Source of the DNA: Gammaproteobacteria bacterium
Lineage (GTDB): Bacteria > Pseudomonadota > Gammaproteobacteria > Eutrophobiales > Eutrophobiaceae
Assembly (NCBI GenBank): GCA_965240365.1
Contig: OZ251218.1
Coordinates: 2,254,356-2,318,355, forward strand
Length of the DNA: 64,000 bases
Direction: 5' to 3'
This document shows positions 1 to 8,212 of the stretch, piece by piece. The notes beneath the pieces were generated by a model. The model did no database searches and was not told the DNA's origin. It worked only from the letters and a program-made list of their open reading frames with translations. Position numbers and translations under genes: made by a program. Each line of letters starts with the position of its first letter. Position 1 is the stretch's first letter.

Positions 1-330
1 GCACTGCATGATTTTATTGACGAGGATCGCGCCCATATCACCGCACTGAATGTCCTTGACATCAAAGGCCGTGACCCTTTTTTTATCCCGCCGGAGCGGC
101 GCGATATCCAGCGCCATGTTCTTGTCGATAATGCCGGCCTTGTCGAACAGCACCATCTCCAGTTTGAATGTCTCGAAGGCGAGGCCGCTCCCGTTCTCTA
201 TCAACAGATAAACCCGGCAACTCTGGCCGCGCTGCTCTGTTTTATTCAATTCCAGGCCGACACTATCGGCGCCGAGCGCGGCGCCGGGGAGCAAAATCAT
301 TGCGAAAATAAACCGTTTAAGGCGTTGCAT
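1..330 (-). CDS. Hypothetical secreted protein, N-terminal 110 aa only (gene runs off window start); predicted signal peptide MQRLKRFIFAMILLPGAALGA
   Basis: Open frame on minus strand from ATG at 328-330 to window edge, not in the ORF track because it has no stop in the window; hydrophobic N-terminus; AT-rich promoter-like region at 360-480 upstream. Confidence 0.4.
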   Translation of the reverse strand, partial: MQRLKRFIFAMILLPGAALGADSVGLELNKTEQRGQSCRVYLLIENGSGLAFETFKLEMVLFDKAGIIDKNMALDIAPLRRDKKRVTAFDVKDIQCGDMGAILVNKIMQC

Positions 331-589
331 AATTAACACCGATCATGGACTAAGGATAAAAGGGGTGAAACCCGGTAACACGGGCGCGTTACAGCTTAAA
401 ATTTGTTGAATATTATTGGCTTAATAAAAATATTGCAAGTTATTATCATTTATAAAATTGATCATGGCCTGAAAAAAGTCCGGTTCCGGCGGCGCCTGCC
501 TGTGGCAGGCAGGTGAAAGCTCTTGCGTCTCTATAAGTAAGCTGGGAAGCCAGGATAACGGGAAAAACAGAACAACGCCCCGCCGTCAT

Positions 590-1075
590 TTATGGACAGG
601 ATGTCCTGTATGCGGCGTGAGGGCAGGATGCCCGTAGCCGCCCGGCGAAGGCCGGAATCCAGTAGTTTATGTCATACATTCCCGCCCAGGCGGGAATGAC
701 AATCAGGCAGGACTGGCGCTTATTTCACATCCCGGCCCGCCCTCCTGGATTCCGGCCTTCGCCGGAATGACGACGAGGTGTTGTTTTGGCTTTCCGTTAT
801 CCTGTCTGCCTGCTGCGGGCAGGGCTTTAGCAGTAATGCAGGGTCACCTCATCTAAAATAAGGCTCAGGTATCCTGGCCACGGTATCGTTAGTATCGCTC
901 ATAATGCGCCTATCGCCCCCGTCGTCATTCCAGCGAAAGCTGGAATCCAGTGGTTTATGCCATACATTCCCGCCCGGGCGGGCGGGAATGACAATTAGAC
1001 AGAACTGGCGCTCATTTCATATCCCGCCCCGCCCTCCTGGATTCCGGCCTTCGCCGGGCGGCTTGTCAGGGAGCA
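590..1075. repeat. Mosaic array of short palindromic repeats (ATTCCNGC-loop-GCNGGAAT stems such as cattcccgcccaggcgggaatg and cgtcattccggcgaaggccggaatccag; CTGCCTGCTGCGGGCAGG palindromes; ccgtcatttatggacaggatgtcctgta module)
   Basis: Same modules recur at more than 15 intergenic sites in this window. Confidence 0.7.
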
Positions 1076-1082
1076 GAGGCAG

Positions 1083-1799
1083 TCAGGAGAGTTTGATGAG
1101 CACTGCCAAAGCGCTGACACCGATAGACACTATCACGCCGAGCTTGATGGTCAGCTTGTGTTCCATTTCCCTAATGGTGGCCTCTTGTTCTTTGATGGCC
1201 AGTTCCAGCGCCTTGATAGCGGTCCCCTGTTCTTTAATGTTGGCCTCTTGTTCCTTGATGGCCAGTTCCAGCGCCTTGATGGCGGTCCCCTGTTCTTTAA
1301 TGTTGGCCTCTTGTTCCTTGATGGCAAGCTCCAGCGCCTTGATGGCGGTCCCCTGTTGCTCAAGGTCGCGTTTCAGACCAGCTTCGATAGCCTTGATGGC
1401 GGTCCTCTGTTGCTCAAGGTCGCGTTTCAGACCAGCTTCGATAGTCTTGATGGCGGTCCCCTGTTGCTCAAGGTCGCGTTTCAGACCAGCTTCGATAGCC
1501 TTGATGTTGGTCTCTTGTTCCTTGAGTTTTTGTTCCAGGGCGACCCGGAGCTTCTCAATGTCGTGTTTTAGCTCGGTCTTTAGTTTCTCGATATCGTACT
1601 TGTGGGCAATATCCAGTTCCTTGAGCTTTTGTTCCAGGATGGCGTCCTGCTGCTTGAGGTCTTGTTTAGTGGCCAGACGTTCCTGGATCAGGCGGGACTG
1701 TTCTTCGGCCAGGATTTCGGCCTGGGGTTCGGGCATGCCGGCGCTGGTCAGGCGTTTGACGAAGCCGTGAGTGTCGAATGTGACGGTTTCTGTTTCCAT
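1083..1799 (-). CDS. DUF1640-like coiled-coil protein with C-terminal transmembrane anchor and expanded internal tandem repeats
   Basis: N-terminal METETVTFDTHGFVKRLTSAGMPEPQAEIL resembles DUF1640 (FDT...AG...QAEA) start; heptad-rich KELD/IKAIEAGLKRDLEQQGT repeats; C-terminal hydrophobic IVSIGVSALAVLIKLS. ORF track start at 1835 is a TTG; ATG at 1797-1799 preferred. Plus-strand ORFs 904-1770 and 1158-1571 are shadows of the repeats. Confidence 0.6.
   Translation of the reverse strand: METETVTFDTHGFVKRLTSAGMPEPQAEILAEEQSRLIQERLATKQDLKQQDAILEQKLKELDIAHKYDIEKLKTELKHDIEKLRVALEQKLKEQETNIKAIEAGLKRDLEQQGTAIKTIEAGLKRDLEQQRTAIKAIEAGLKRDLEQQGTAIKALELAIKEQEANIKEQGTAIKALELAIKEQEANIKEQGTAIKALELAIKEQEATIREMEHKLTIKLGVIVSIGVSALAVLIKLS
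1176..1505. repeat. Coding tandem repeats: 3 copies of a 63-bp unit (1176-1365) then 3 copies of a 54-bp unit (1344-1505)
   Basis: Direct inspection: ggcctcttgttccttgatggccagttccagcgccttgatggcggtcccctgttctttaatgtt x3; gcggtcccctgttgctcaaggtcgcgtttcagaccagcttcgatagccttgatg x3. Confidence 0.9.
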
Positions 1800-1854
1800 G
1801 AGAGGCAGGTTACTGGTTGGGGCAACTGTTTGCAAGTTACCGTGACATTGCCCT

Positions 1855-2040
1855 GGTTAACCCGCAGATTCCGCCCCCGCCGTCATTTATGGACAGGATG
1901 TCCTGTAGGCGAGCTTGCGCCGGAATGACGGCGGGGTTGGTGGGTGTATCCTGCCAGGCAGGCGGGAGGGGTGTTCGTTTTATACTCCGGCCCCGCCCGC
2001 CCGGTTTGGGCAGGCAGGCGGGGTTTTGGATGGACGGCGG
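1855..2040. repeat. Palindromic repeat cluster (catttatggacaggatgtcctgta, gccggaatgacggcgg, caggcaggcgg modules)
   Basis: Shared modules with the 590-1075 and 45050-45240 clusters. Confidence 0.55.
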
Positions 2041-2045
2041 TTTGC

Positions 2046-4550
2046 TTACCACTCAAGCTCTACGCCCAACTTAACCAGGCGCGGCGGACCTTGCATTAAT
2101 CTTGGATTGCTTGCTCTTGTTACCCAGTAGGCTTCGTCGGTCAGATTGTCCACATTTAGCCGCAGGGTTAGCCCCTTACCGGCAATTTTTGTCTCGTAGC
2201 GCGCGCCGATATCAAATAGCGTGATATCGTCGAGATACCACCGTTTGTCCGGATCGATCGGGATTTTACCTCGGTAACGGGCGCTTGCCGTCAACGTCAG
2301 TGGCAAACCCGGCGCGCGGTACTCGCCATAAAGGCTGAACTGCTCGCGGACCTTCCCAGGTATGCTTTTGCCATCAAGCGTACCGCCCGTGGTTTTCTGG
2401 TTGGTGGCGTCCAGCCACATGGCGCTGGCCGTCAGAAGCCAATACCGGCCTAAGCGGAATTTGCCGTTGAGTTCCAGGCCCTGGTAGCGGGCTTCGCCGT
2501 CCTGGGTGAAGACATTAGCCGGGGTGGTATAGGTGAGCGCGCGTTCCGTTCGGAACAGCGCGGCGGTGGCTGACCAGTCATCAGCTTCGGCCTTTGCTCC
2601 GAACTCGTACTGCTTGCTGACAGACGGCGGGAAGATTTGACCGGCGTTGGCCGCTGTTCTTGGCGCCGTTGCCCCTTGTTCCAGGGCTTCTATATAACTT
2701 CCGTATAAGGATAAGTTATCCAGTGGGCGAAAGACGGCGGCAAAGGTGGGGGTAAGTGCGCTCTTGTCGTAATCCGAGAGCTTGAGGTCCAGATTACCGT
2801 ACCGCAAGCCGAGGATGATGTCCCAGTCCTCACCGATTCTTAGTGTATCTGACAGGAATAGCTCCCGCCGACGATCGGCATACCATTCGCTTAACGCGAA
2901 AGTCTGGTCTCTGTTAAAATAAAAAGAAGTGCCAAATGGATTATTAATCTCAACCGGATTGGACAGGTTACCCGCATTGGGTATATCAATGAATGTCTTT
3001 TTGGAGAAAGGTTTTTCGTTAAAAGGTTTTTTGTCAATCTGATCATCATAAGTGTCAATTCTGCGTATTTCAGTATATGAAGCGCCTACTGCCAACTCAT
3101 GCGATACGGGCCCGGTTGTGAAGATGCCGTTGATCATTGCCTGCGATTGCGAACTTTCACTTAGAAGTGATTGCGTATGTCCTAATCGCAACGAGTAGTT
3201 GCCGCCAGAATCAGAAAAGATCAATGGTAAACCACGCTCCTCATCATTCTTTAACTGACGATGCGCCAGGGTCAGTTTCCAGTCCGCGGCAAAGTTCCAG
3301 GAAAGGTCTGTGCCGTAGGTTTCATGAATCGTACTCTGACCTGACCAGGAGGGGGCAAGTCTTCGACTACCGTCAATGGGTGCGGGTGGTTTATTGATAT
3401 TCCTAAATCCAATAGCGCCGTCAGAGTTTGGAACCAAATAGAGATAACCACCTCTGCGTATATGCTTTCCCAACAGCGCGTCGAATCGCCATAGCAAATC
3501 AGGCGTGATTTGCCAGTCCAGGGCGATGGAACCTGAATTACGGCGTGACTCGCCGTCGTTGATATAGGTGTCTCCCGATTCGTGGATCACATTGACGCGG
3601 TAACCAAAACGATCATCGGCGCCCAGTCGCCCACCCACATCCCCATGCGCCAGCGCCAGGCCGCTGTCCATCACCTGTGTGCTTAGGCTCCGAAAAGGTT
3701 GGTTTGTGGGCCGTTTCATTACGTAGTTGACAATGCCGCCTGGCGCCCCAAACCCGTACAGGAAGCCACTGGCGCCCTTGAGAATGTCAATCCGTTCCAG
3801 GTGCTCCAGAGGTAGATCTCTCGAAAACACAAATGCACTCAGGCCGTCAATTTTTTGTCCAGTAGCAAGGTCTGGTCGTAGACCTCGTATGTTCAGCGAC
3901 CAATTTGCACCCACAAGATTATCCGGCATCAGGCTGATTGAGGCATCTCCCTTGGTGATGTCAGCTAATGAGCGCGCCTGTTTGTTTTTTATCAAGTCAC
4001 TCGAATAGACTTCAATGCTGTAAGGTGTGTCTTTGAGTAGTTTGTTACCGAGCACGCCGACATTGGCGTCTTCCACGCGATAGGCTTTTTCGGCATCGCC
4101 GGACAACCACGGCTCTGCCGATTGCGCCTCCCCTTCCACCGTCAGCGGCGCCATTAGTATGGGTTCTTCCTCCTCCGGCGCGGATTCGAGCACGGCGGTA
4201 TTGGCGGCCGTGAGCCGGTAGGCGATGCCCGTGCCGGCCAGCAGTTGGCGGAGCGCCTCGGTATGTTGCAGTGCGCCGCTGACGCCGGGCGATTGCACGC
4301 CCTCAAGCCGGCTGGTGGCATAGGCAAAGGAAAGCCCGGTTTGCTCCGAGAAACGGTCCAGCGCCGAGGCCAGCGGCTGGGGCGGGATGGAGAAGGTCTG
4401 CACCGCGCCGGTCCCGGCTCTGGCAGGGGCGGCGGGTTCGGCCGCTGTGGCGCCGAGTGTCAGCAAGCCGAGGCCGATGCCTGCAATGAGGGTGCGTAGC
4501 GCCGTCAGCGTCGGTTGGCCGGCGGTTGCCGGTGGGTTGTGCGTTGTCAT
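2046..4550 (-). CDS. TonB-dependent outer-membrane receptor/transducer (FecA-like) with N-terminal STN signalling domain
   Basis: Signal peptide, STN-like FSIPPQPLASALDRFSEQTGLSFAY, plug and beta-barrel motifs, C-terminal ...KLGVELEW; start moved to ATG at 4548-4550 with AGGAG 10 nt upstream; downstream of fecI/fecR on the same strand. Confidence 0.85.
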   Translation of the reverse strand: MTTHNPPATAGQPTLTALRTLIAGIGLGLLTLGATAAEPAAPARAGTGAVQTFSIPPQPLASALDRFSEQTGLSFAYATSRLEGVQSPGVSGALQHTEALRQLLAGTGIAYRLTAANTAVLESAPEEEEPILMAPLTVEGEAQSAEPWLSGDAEKAYRVEDANVGVLGNKLLKDTPYSIEVYSSDLIKNKQARSLADITKGDASISLMPDNLVGANWSLNIRGLRPDLATGQKIDGLSAFVFSRDLPLEHLERIDILKGASGFLYGFGAPGGIVNYVMKRPTNQPFRSLSTQVMDSGLALAHGDVGGRLGADDRFGYRVNVIHESGDTYINDGESRRNSGSIALDWQITPDLLWRFDALLGKHIRRGGYLYLVPNSDGAIGFRNINKPPAPIDGSRRLAPSWSGQSTIHETYGTDLSWNFAADWKLTLAHRQLKNDEERGLPLIFSDSGGNYSLRLGHTQSLLSESSQSQAMINGIFTTGPVSHELAVGASYTEIRRIDTYDDQIDKKPFNEKPFSKKTFIDIPNAGNLSNPVEINNPFGTSFYFNRDQTFALSEWYADRRRELFLSDTLRIGEDWDIILGLRYGNLDLKLSDYDKSALTPTFAAVFRPLDNLSLYGSYIEALEQGATAPRTAANAGQIFPPSVSKQYEFGAKAEADDWSATAALFRTERALTYTTPANVFTQDGEARYQGLELNGKFRLGRYWLLTASAMWLDATNQKTTGGTLDGKSIPGKVREQFSLYGEYRAPGLPLTLTASARYRGKIPIDPDKRWYLDDITLFDIGARYETKIAGKGLTLRLNVDNLTDEAYWVTRASNPRLMQGPPRLVKLGVELEW

Positions 4551-4739
4551 GTCTGTTTGACTCCTGTTGTTGAGTGTAAAAGTAAGGCGAATGCGTGGCA
4601 TTTGCCCGCTTGTACCTAATAGACGAGTGAGCGGCGCAAGATCGGTGCTTTTTTTTGAGGTTTTTTTGATTTTGTGTGGATAAAGGGGGTTTGGGGTGGG
4701 GTTTTGGATGGTATTTAGCCGGTTGGGGGTTAGAAAGGG

Positions 4740-5200
4740 TCATCCCGGCAAGCCGGGATGTATTTTATAAACCACTGGATTCCAGCTTTCGCTGGAATGA
4801 CGATGGGGGCAATAGGCGCATTATGAGCGATACTAAACGATACCGTGGCCAGGATACCTGACGCCTTATTTTAGATAAGGTGACCCTGCATTCCTGCTAA
4901 AGCCCTGCCTGCTATAGGCAGACAGGATGACGGAAAGCCAAAACAACACCTCGTTGTCATTCCGGCGAAGGCCGGAATCCAGGAGGACGGGCCGGGATGT
5001 GAAATGAGCGCCAGTCCTGCCTGATTGTCATTCCCGCCTGAGCGGGAATGTATTACATAAACCACTGGATTCCAGCTTTCGCTGGAATGACGGGTAGTAA
5101 GCGGACTGCTGTTTGCCGTTTCTCTGACTTTGTTATCATGCCGGTCTACCCGGTGAAGGCAGGCAGGACGCCGCATGCCGGACATCCTGTGCATAAATGA
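4740..5200. repeat. About 460-bp palindromic-repeat array between fecR and the TonB-dependent transducer
   Basis: gtcattccagcgaaagctggaatccagtggtttat, cattcccgctcaggcgggaatg, cattccggcgaaggccggaatccaggag modules, several in inverted orientation. Confidence 0.7.
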
Positions 5201-5241
5201 CGATAGAAGCGAGGCGCGCCCCCGGGTTTTCTCACCCCGGT

Positions 5242-6291
5242 TCAGTGGACGATGACGAGGAGTTTTGTGAGTCTGGTGACGGACAGTCCGTTGGTGGCGG
5301 CCAGGGCGTCCAGTCCGGCGTCGATCGAGGCAATCGACAGCCGCGCGGTGACGGGTTCGAGGTTGCCGGTGTTGCTCAGCAGCATGATGCGGCCGGGCCG
5401 GTAGCGGTCGATCTCCAACAGGGCGGCGGTCAGTGGCATGTTTATGATCGAGATATAGCCCTGCCGCCAGGCCATAACGGCGGCCGCATTGACCCGCCGC
5501 ACGGGCCCCGGCGGCGCGCCGGTCTGGTAGCGCACCTGTTCGCCGGGCTTGAGCACGGCGGCGCCGGCCTTTGGCGGCGCGTTCTCTGCCCCGGCCGGCG
5601 AGCTTACCCCGACTGTCCCTTCACTCACCGTCACCACAGCCCCGCCGCCGTCGTCCCGCACCGAGAAGATCGTGCCGAGGGCGGTTGAGCGCCCGGCGCG
5701 GGCCATGACCGCAAAGGGGCGGGCCTTGTCTTCAGCGACCTCAAACCGGGCCTCGCCCCGCAACAGCGAGATTTGTCGGCGGTCTTTTGAGTATTGCACC
5801 GAGAGGGCGCTGCCGGTGTTGAGCCAGACGATCGAGCCGTCCGGCAGCTTGATTTGCGCCTGCTCGCCGATGCCGGTGTAGTAGTCGGCCGTGAGCCTGA
5901 GCGCCATGTTCGGCGCTGTCAGCAGGAGAAACAGGGCGCAGGCGGCCGCGAGGCCGCCCCACAAGAACGGCCGGCGGCGCGGGCCGAAGCCGGTTTTCGC
6001 GGCCGGGCGGGAGGGTGTTTCATCTGATCGCCGCGGCGCAATGTCCGGGCGGGCCTGCTCCGGCGGCAGAAAGGCGTCTTGCAGTTCGCCGAGTTCGTCC
6101 CAAAGCGCCTGTAGTTCGGCATAGGCGGCCTGATGGCGCGGGTCAGCCTGCCGCCAGTCTTCAAAACGCGCCCGCTCGGTCTCTGTCGGCGCGCCGGTGG
6201 TGATAAGCAGGAACCATTCCCGGGCGGCCTCGTCGATGGCGGCGCGGTCGTCCCGTGGCCTTGATTTTTCAGGATCGCTGGGCTCGTTCAT
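5242..6291 (-). CDS. fecR: FecR-family anti-sigma factor / iron signal transducer
   Basis: N-terminal REWFLLITTG...RFEDWRQADPRHQAAYAEL motif typical of FecR, single TM, periplasmic FecR domain; sits between an ECF sigma gene and a TonB-dependent transducer. Confidence 0.8.
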   Translation of the reverse strand: MNEPSDPEKSRPRDDRAAIDEAAREWFLLITTGAPTETERARFEDWRQADPRHQAAYAELQALWDELGELQDAFLPPEQARPDIAPRRSDETPSRPAAKTGFGPRRRPFLWGGLAAACALFLLLTAPNMALRLTADYYTGIGEQAQIKLPDGSIVWLNTGSALSVQYSKDRRQISLLRGEARFEVAEDKARPFAVMARAGRSTALGTIFSVRDDGGGAVVTVSEGTVGVSSPAGAENAPPKAGAAVLKPGEQVRYQTGAPPGPVRRVNAAAVMAWRQGYISIINMPLTAALLEIDRYRPGRIMLLSNTGNLEPVTARLSIASIDAGLDALAATNGLSVTRLTKLLVIVH

Positions 6292-6368
6292 GGTGAGGGT
6301 CTATAGCCTTTGGGCAAAGCGCGCGGGCAGCCGCGCGCCGGCTATATTGGCCCTAAAGACCAGCGGTA

Positions 6369-6923
6369 TCAATCGGGTTCAGATTCCTGGCCGGCTGATT
6401 CGCGGTCGTCCGGCGCCGGATCGTGAAATTGGCGGCGGGCCTCAAGCAGGGCTGACATGACCGCTTTCATGTCTTTGTAGATGGTGGTTATGCCGATACC
6501 GAGTTGGGCGGCGATCTCGGCCTGGGATTTGCCTTCATAGCGGGTGAGGTAGAAGATCTGGCGACCGCGGGGGCTGAGCCGCTCAATTTCCACCCTGAGG
6601 CAGTCAAATTCGGCCCGCGCCAGGGCATGGCGTTCCGGGGTCAGTTCGTTGGCCTGCGGCCAGACCACGGCCTGCGCCTCCTCCAGGATTTCGCCGCGCC
6701 GCTTTTCGACCCGGATATGGTCGGTGGCGAGGTTCGCGGCCATGCTGAAGAGATAGGCGCGGTGGTCGCGTATGGGCGGACATTCTTTTATGCTGCGCAG
6801 CTTGAGGTAGAGATCCTGAACGAGGTCGGCGGCAAGGCTGGGCGAGTCGAGGCGCTTGCTCAGAAACCGCAGCAATTCGAGCTTGTGCTCCAGGTAGGTC
6901 TGCATTAATACCGAATGCGACAT
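6369..6923 (-). CDS. fecI: ECF sigma-70 factor (FecI-like)
   Basis: Region 2 (DLVQDLYLKL) and region 4 HTH (SQAEIAAQLGIGITTIYKDM) signatures; 184 aa. Confidence 0.85.
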   Translation of the reverse strand: MSHSVLMQTYLEHKLELLRFLSKRLDSPSLAADLVQDLYLKLRSIKECPPIRDHRAYLFSMAANLATDHIRVEKRRGEILEEAQAVVWPQANELTPERHALARAEFDCLRVEIERLSPRGRQIFYLTRYEGKSQAEIAAQLGIGITTIYKDMKAVMSALLEARRQFHDPAPDDRESAGQESEPD

Positions 6924-7011
6924 TACGCGCGACGCCCGGCGGGTGGTAAAGTCATTGTCAAAAAGGCCGATAGATGAAAATTTAAGGTTTGACGGATGAT
7001 ATTCGCTTGCT

Positions 7012-7040
7012 TGAATGATTGCAATTCATTCTCATTATTT
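7012..7040. promoter_or_regulatory. Putative Fur box upstream of fecI
   Basis: ttgaatgattgcaattcattctcattatt resembles GATAATGATAATCATTATC hexamer repeats; about 90 bp upstream of the fecI start. Confidence 0.3.
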
Positions 7041-7239
7041 TGTTATTTGCGGGGGGTGTAGCGGGCAGGCCGGCTGGAATCATGGCACAGCGGGCATTTT
7101 TAGCGCATGGTTATTCCGGTAACTTTTATTGCCTCTTTTAAAATCTGAGTGGGTAATGCAATAATTCTGGCTTAATTGATGACCAGTACAGAACGGAGAC
7201 GGCCTGCGGGCAGTAGGTAGGCCAAAATGACAACAGTTT

Positions 7240-7480
7240 CGTCATTCCAGCGAAAGCTGGAATCCACGCCTGCCGGAGGCAGGCCTGCCTGCTGCAGGCA
7301 GGTAGCGGGGTGGCAGCTAATTCAGCGGGGTCTGTTGGAATGAGGTATTCAGATGGTCATTCCCGCTTATGCGGGAATGTATTGTATCAACCACTGGATT
7401 CCAGCTTTCGCTGGAATGACGATGGGGTGTTGTTCCGGCTTTACATCATTCCGGCCTGCCTGCCGCAGACAGGCTCATGC
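7240..7480. repeat. Palindromic repeat cluster
   Basis: cgtcattccagcgaaagctggaatcc, ctgcctgctgcaggcagg, cattcccgcttatgcgggaatg modules. Confidence 0.6.
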
Positions 7481-7546
7481 TATTTTCTGCACACTCAATC
7501 CACATGCGACTTAACCCACTCGGAACTCAAAAGAGCCCTTTTATTA

Positions 7547-8212
7547 TTATGCCTGCCCCTCTCCGTCATTCTGGCGGGTCCGAGACGGGCAGGCCCCGGA
7601 CTGTCGTTTCCGCAGAAAATATTGTCTGGCCACCCAGACGCAGAACAGCGGCGCGCCCGCGCCCGCGAGCAGCAGGAAGTAGTAGTCGAGTTGCAGCAAG
7701 GTCACGATCGGGGTCAGGTATAAAATATCCTCGGCTTCCAGGAACAGCTTTTCTACATCGGCATCCCCGGCGTTTGCCGATTTTTTTTCCAGTTCGGACA
7801 GCCCGTGTATGAAGATAAAGATAGCGGCCACCGCCAGACCGGAAATGCCGCCCAGGAGGCCGGCATGGCCGCCGGCGCCGCCCTGCATCAGGCCGATGCC
7901 CAGGCCGACAAACAGGGAGATATTCACCAGCGCGTCCGAGTACAGGTCAAAATAATGCCCGAATGCGCTGCTGTTGCCGGTCAGGCGGGCCAGTTCGCCA
8001 TCGGTGTGATCGAGGAAATTGGAGATCACAAAAAGCAGCGCGCCGATATTGGCGTGCAGATAGCCGCCCACGCAAAAAAAATAGAACGCGAGCAACCCGC
8101 AGGCGAGACGCAGGGCGGTCAGATGGTTAGGCGTGATGAAGGTGTTTTTTAAGGGATAGACCAGGCGGCAGGCCAGCCGCGCGTCCCAGGGTTTGTCCTC
8201 AGCCCCGGCCAT
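7547..8212 (-). CDS. CDP-alcohol phosphatidyltransferase family membrane protein
   Basis: Exact D-x2-DG-x2-AR-x8-G-x3-D-x3-D motif (DHTDGELARLTGNSSAFGHYFDLYSD); multiple TM helices; start overlaps the stop of the upstream hpnN-like gene by 14 bp. Confidence 0.75.
   Translation of the reverse strand: MAGAEDKPWDARLACRLVYPLKNTFITPNHLTALRLACGLLAFYFFCVGGYLHANIGALLFVISNFLDHTDGELARLTGNSSAFGHYFDLYSDALVNISLFVGLGIGLMQGGAGGHAGLLGGISGLAVAAIFIFIHGLSELEKKSANAGDADVEKLFLEAEDILYLTPIVTLLQLDYYFLLLAGAGAPLFCVWVARQYFLRKRQSGACPSRTRQNDGEGQA

Noticed and set aside
904-1770. 288-aa plus-strand ORF (and 1158-1571, 1151-1363) overlapping the DUF1640-like gene
   Set aside because: Low-complexity Ser/Leu/Cys-rich translations generated by reading the tandem repeats in the wrong frame or strand; the minus-strand product has a recognisable domain architecture
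4303-4743. 146-aa minus-strand ORF overlapping the 5' end of the TonB-dependent transducer and the repeat array
   Set aside because: Out of frame with the receptor and composed largely of repeat-element sequence
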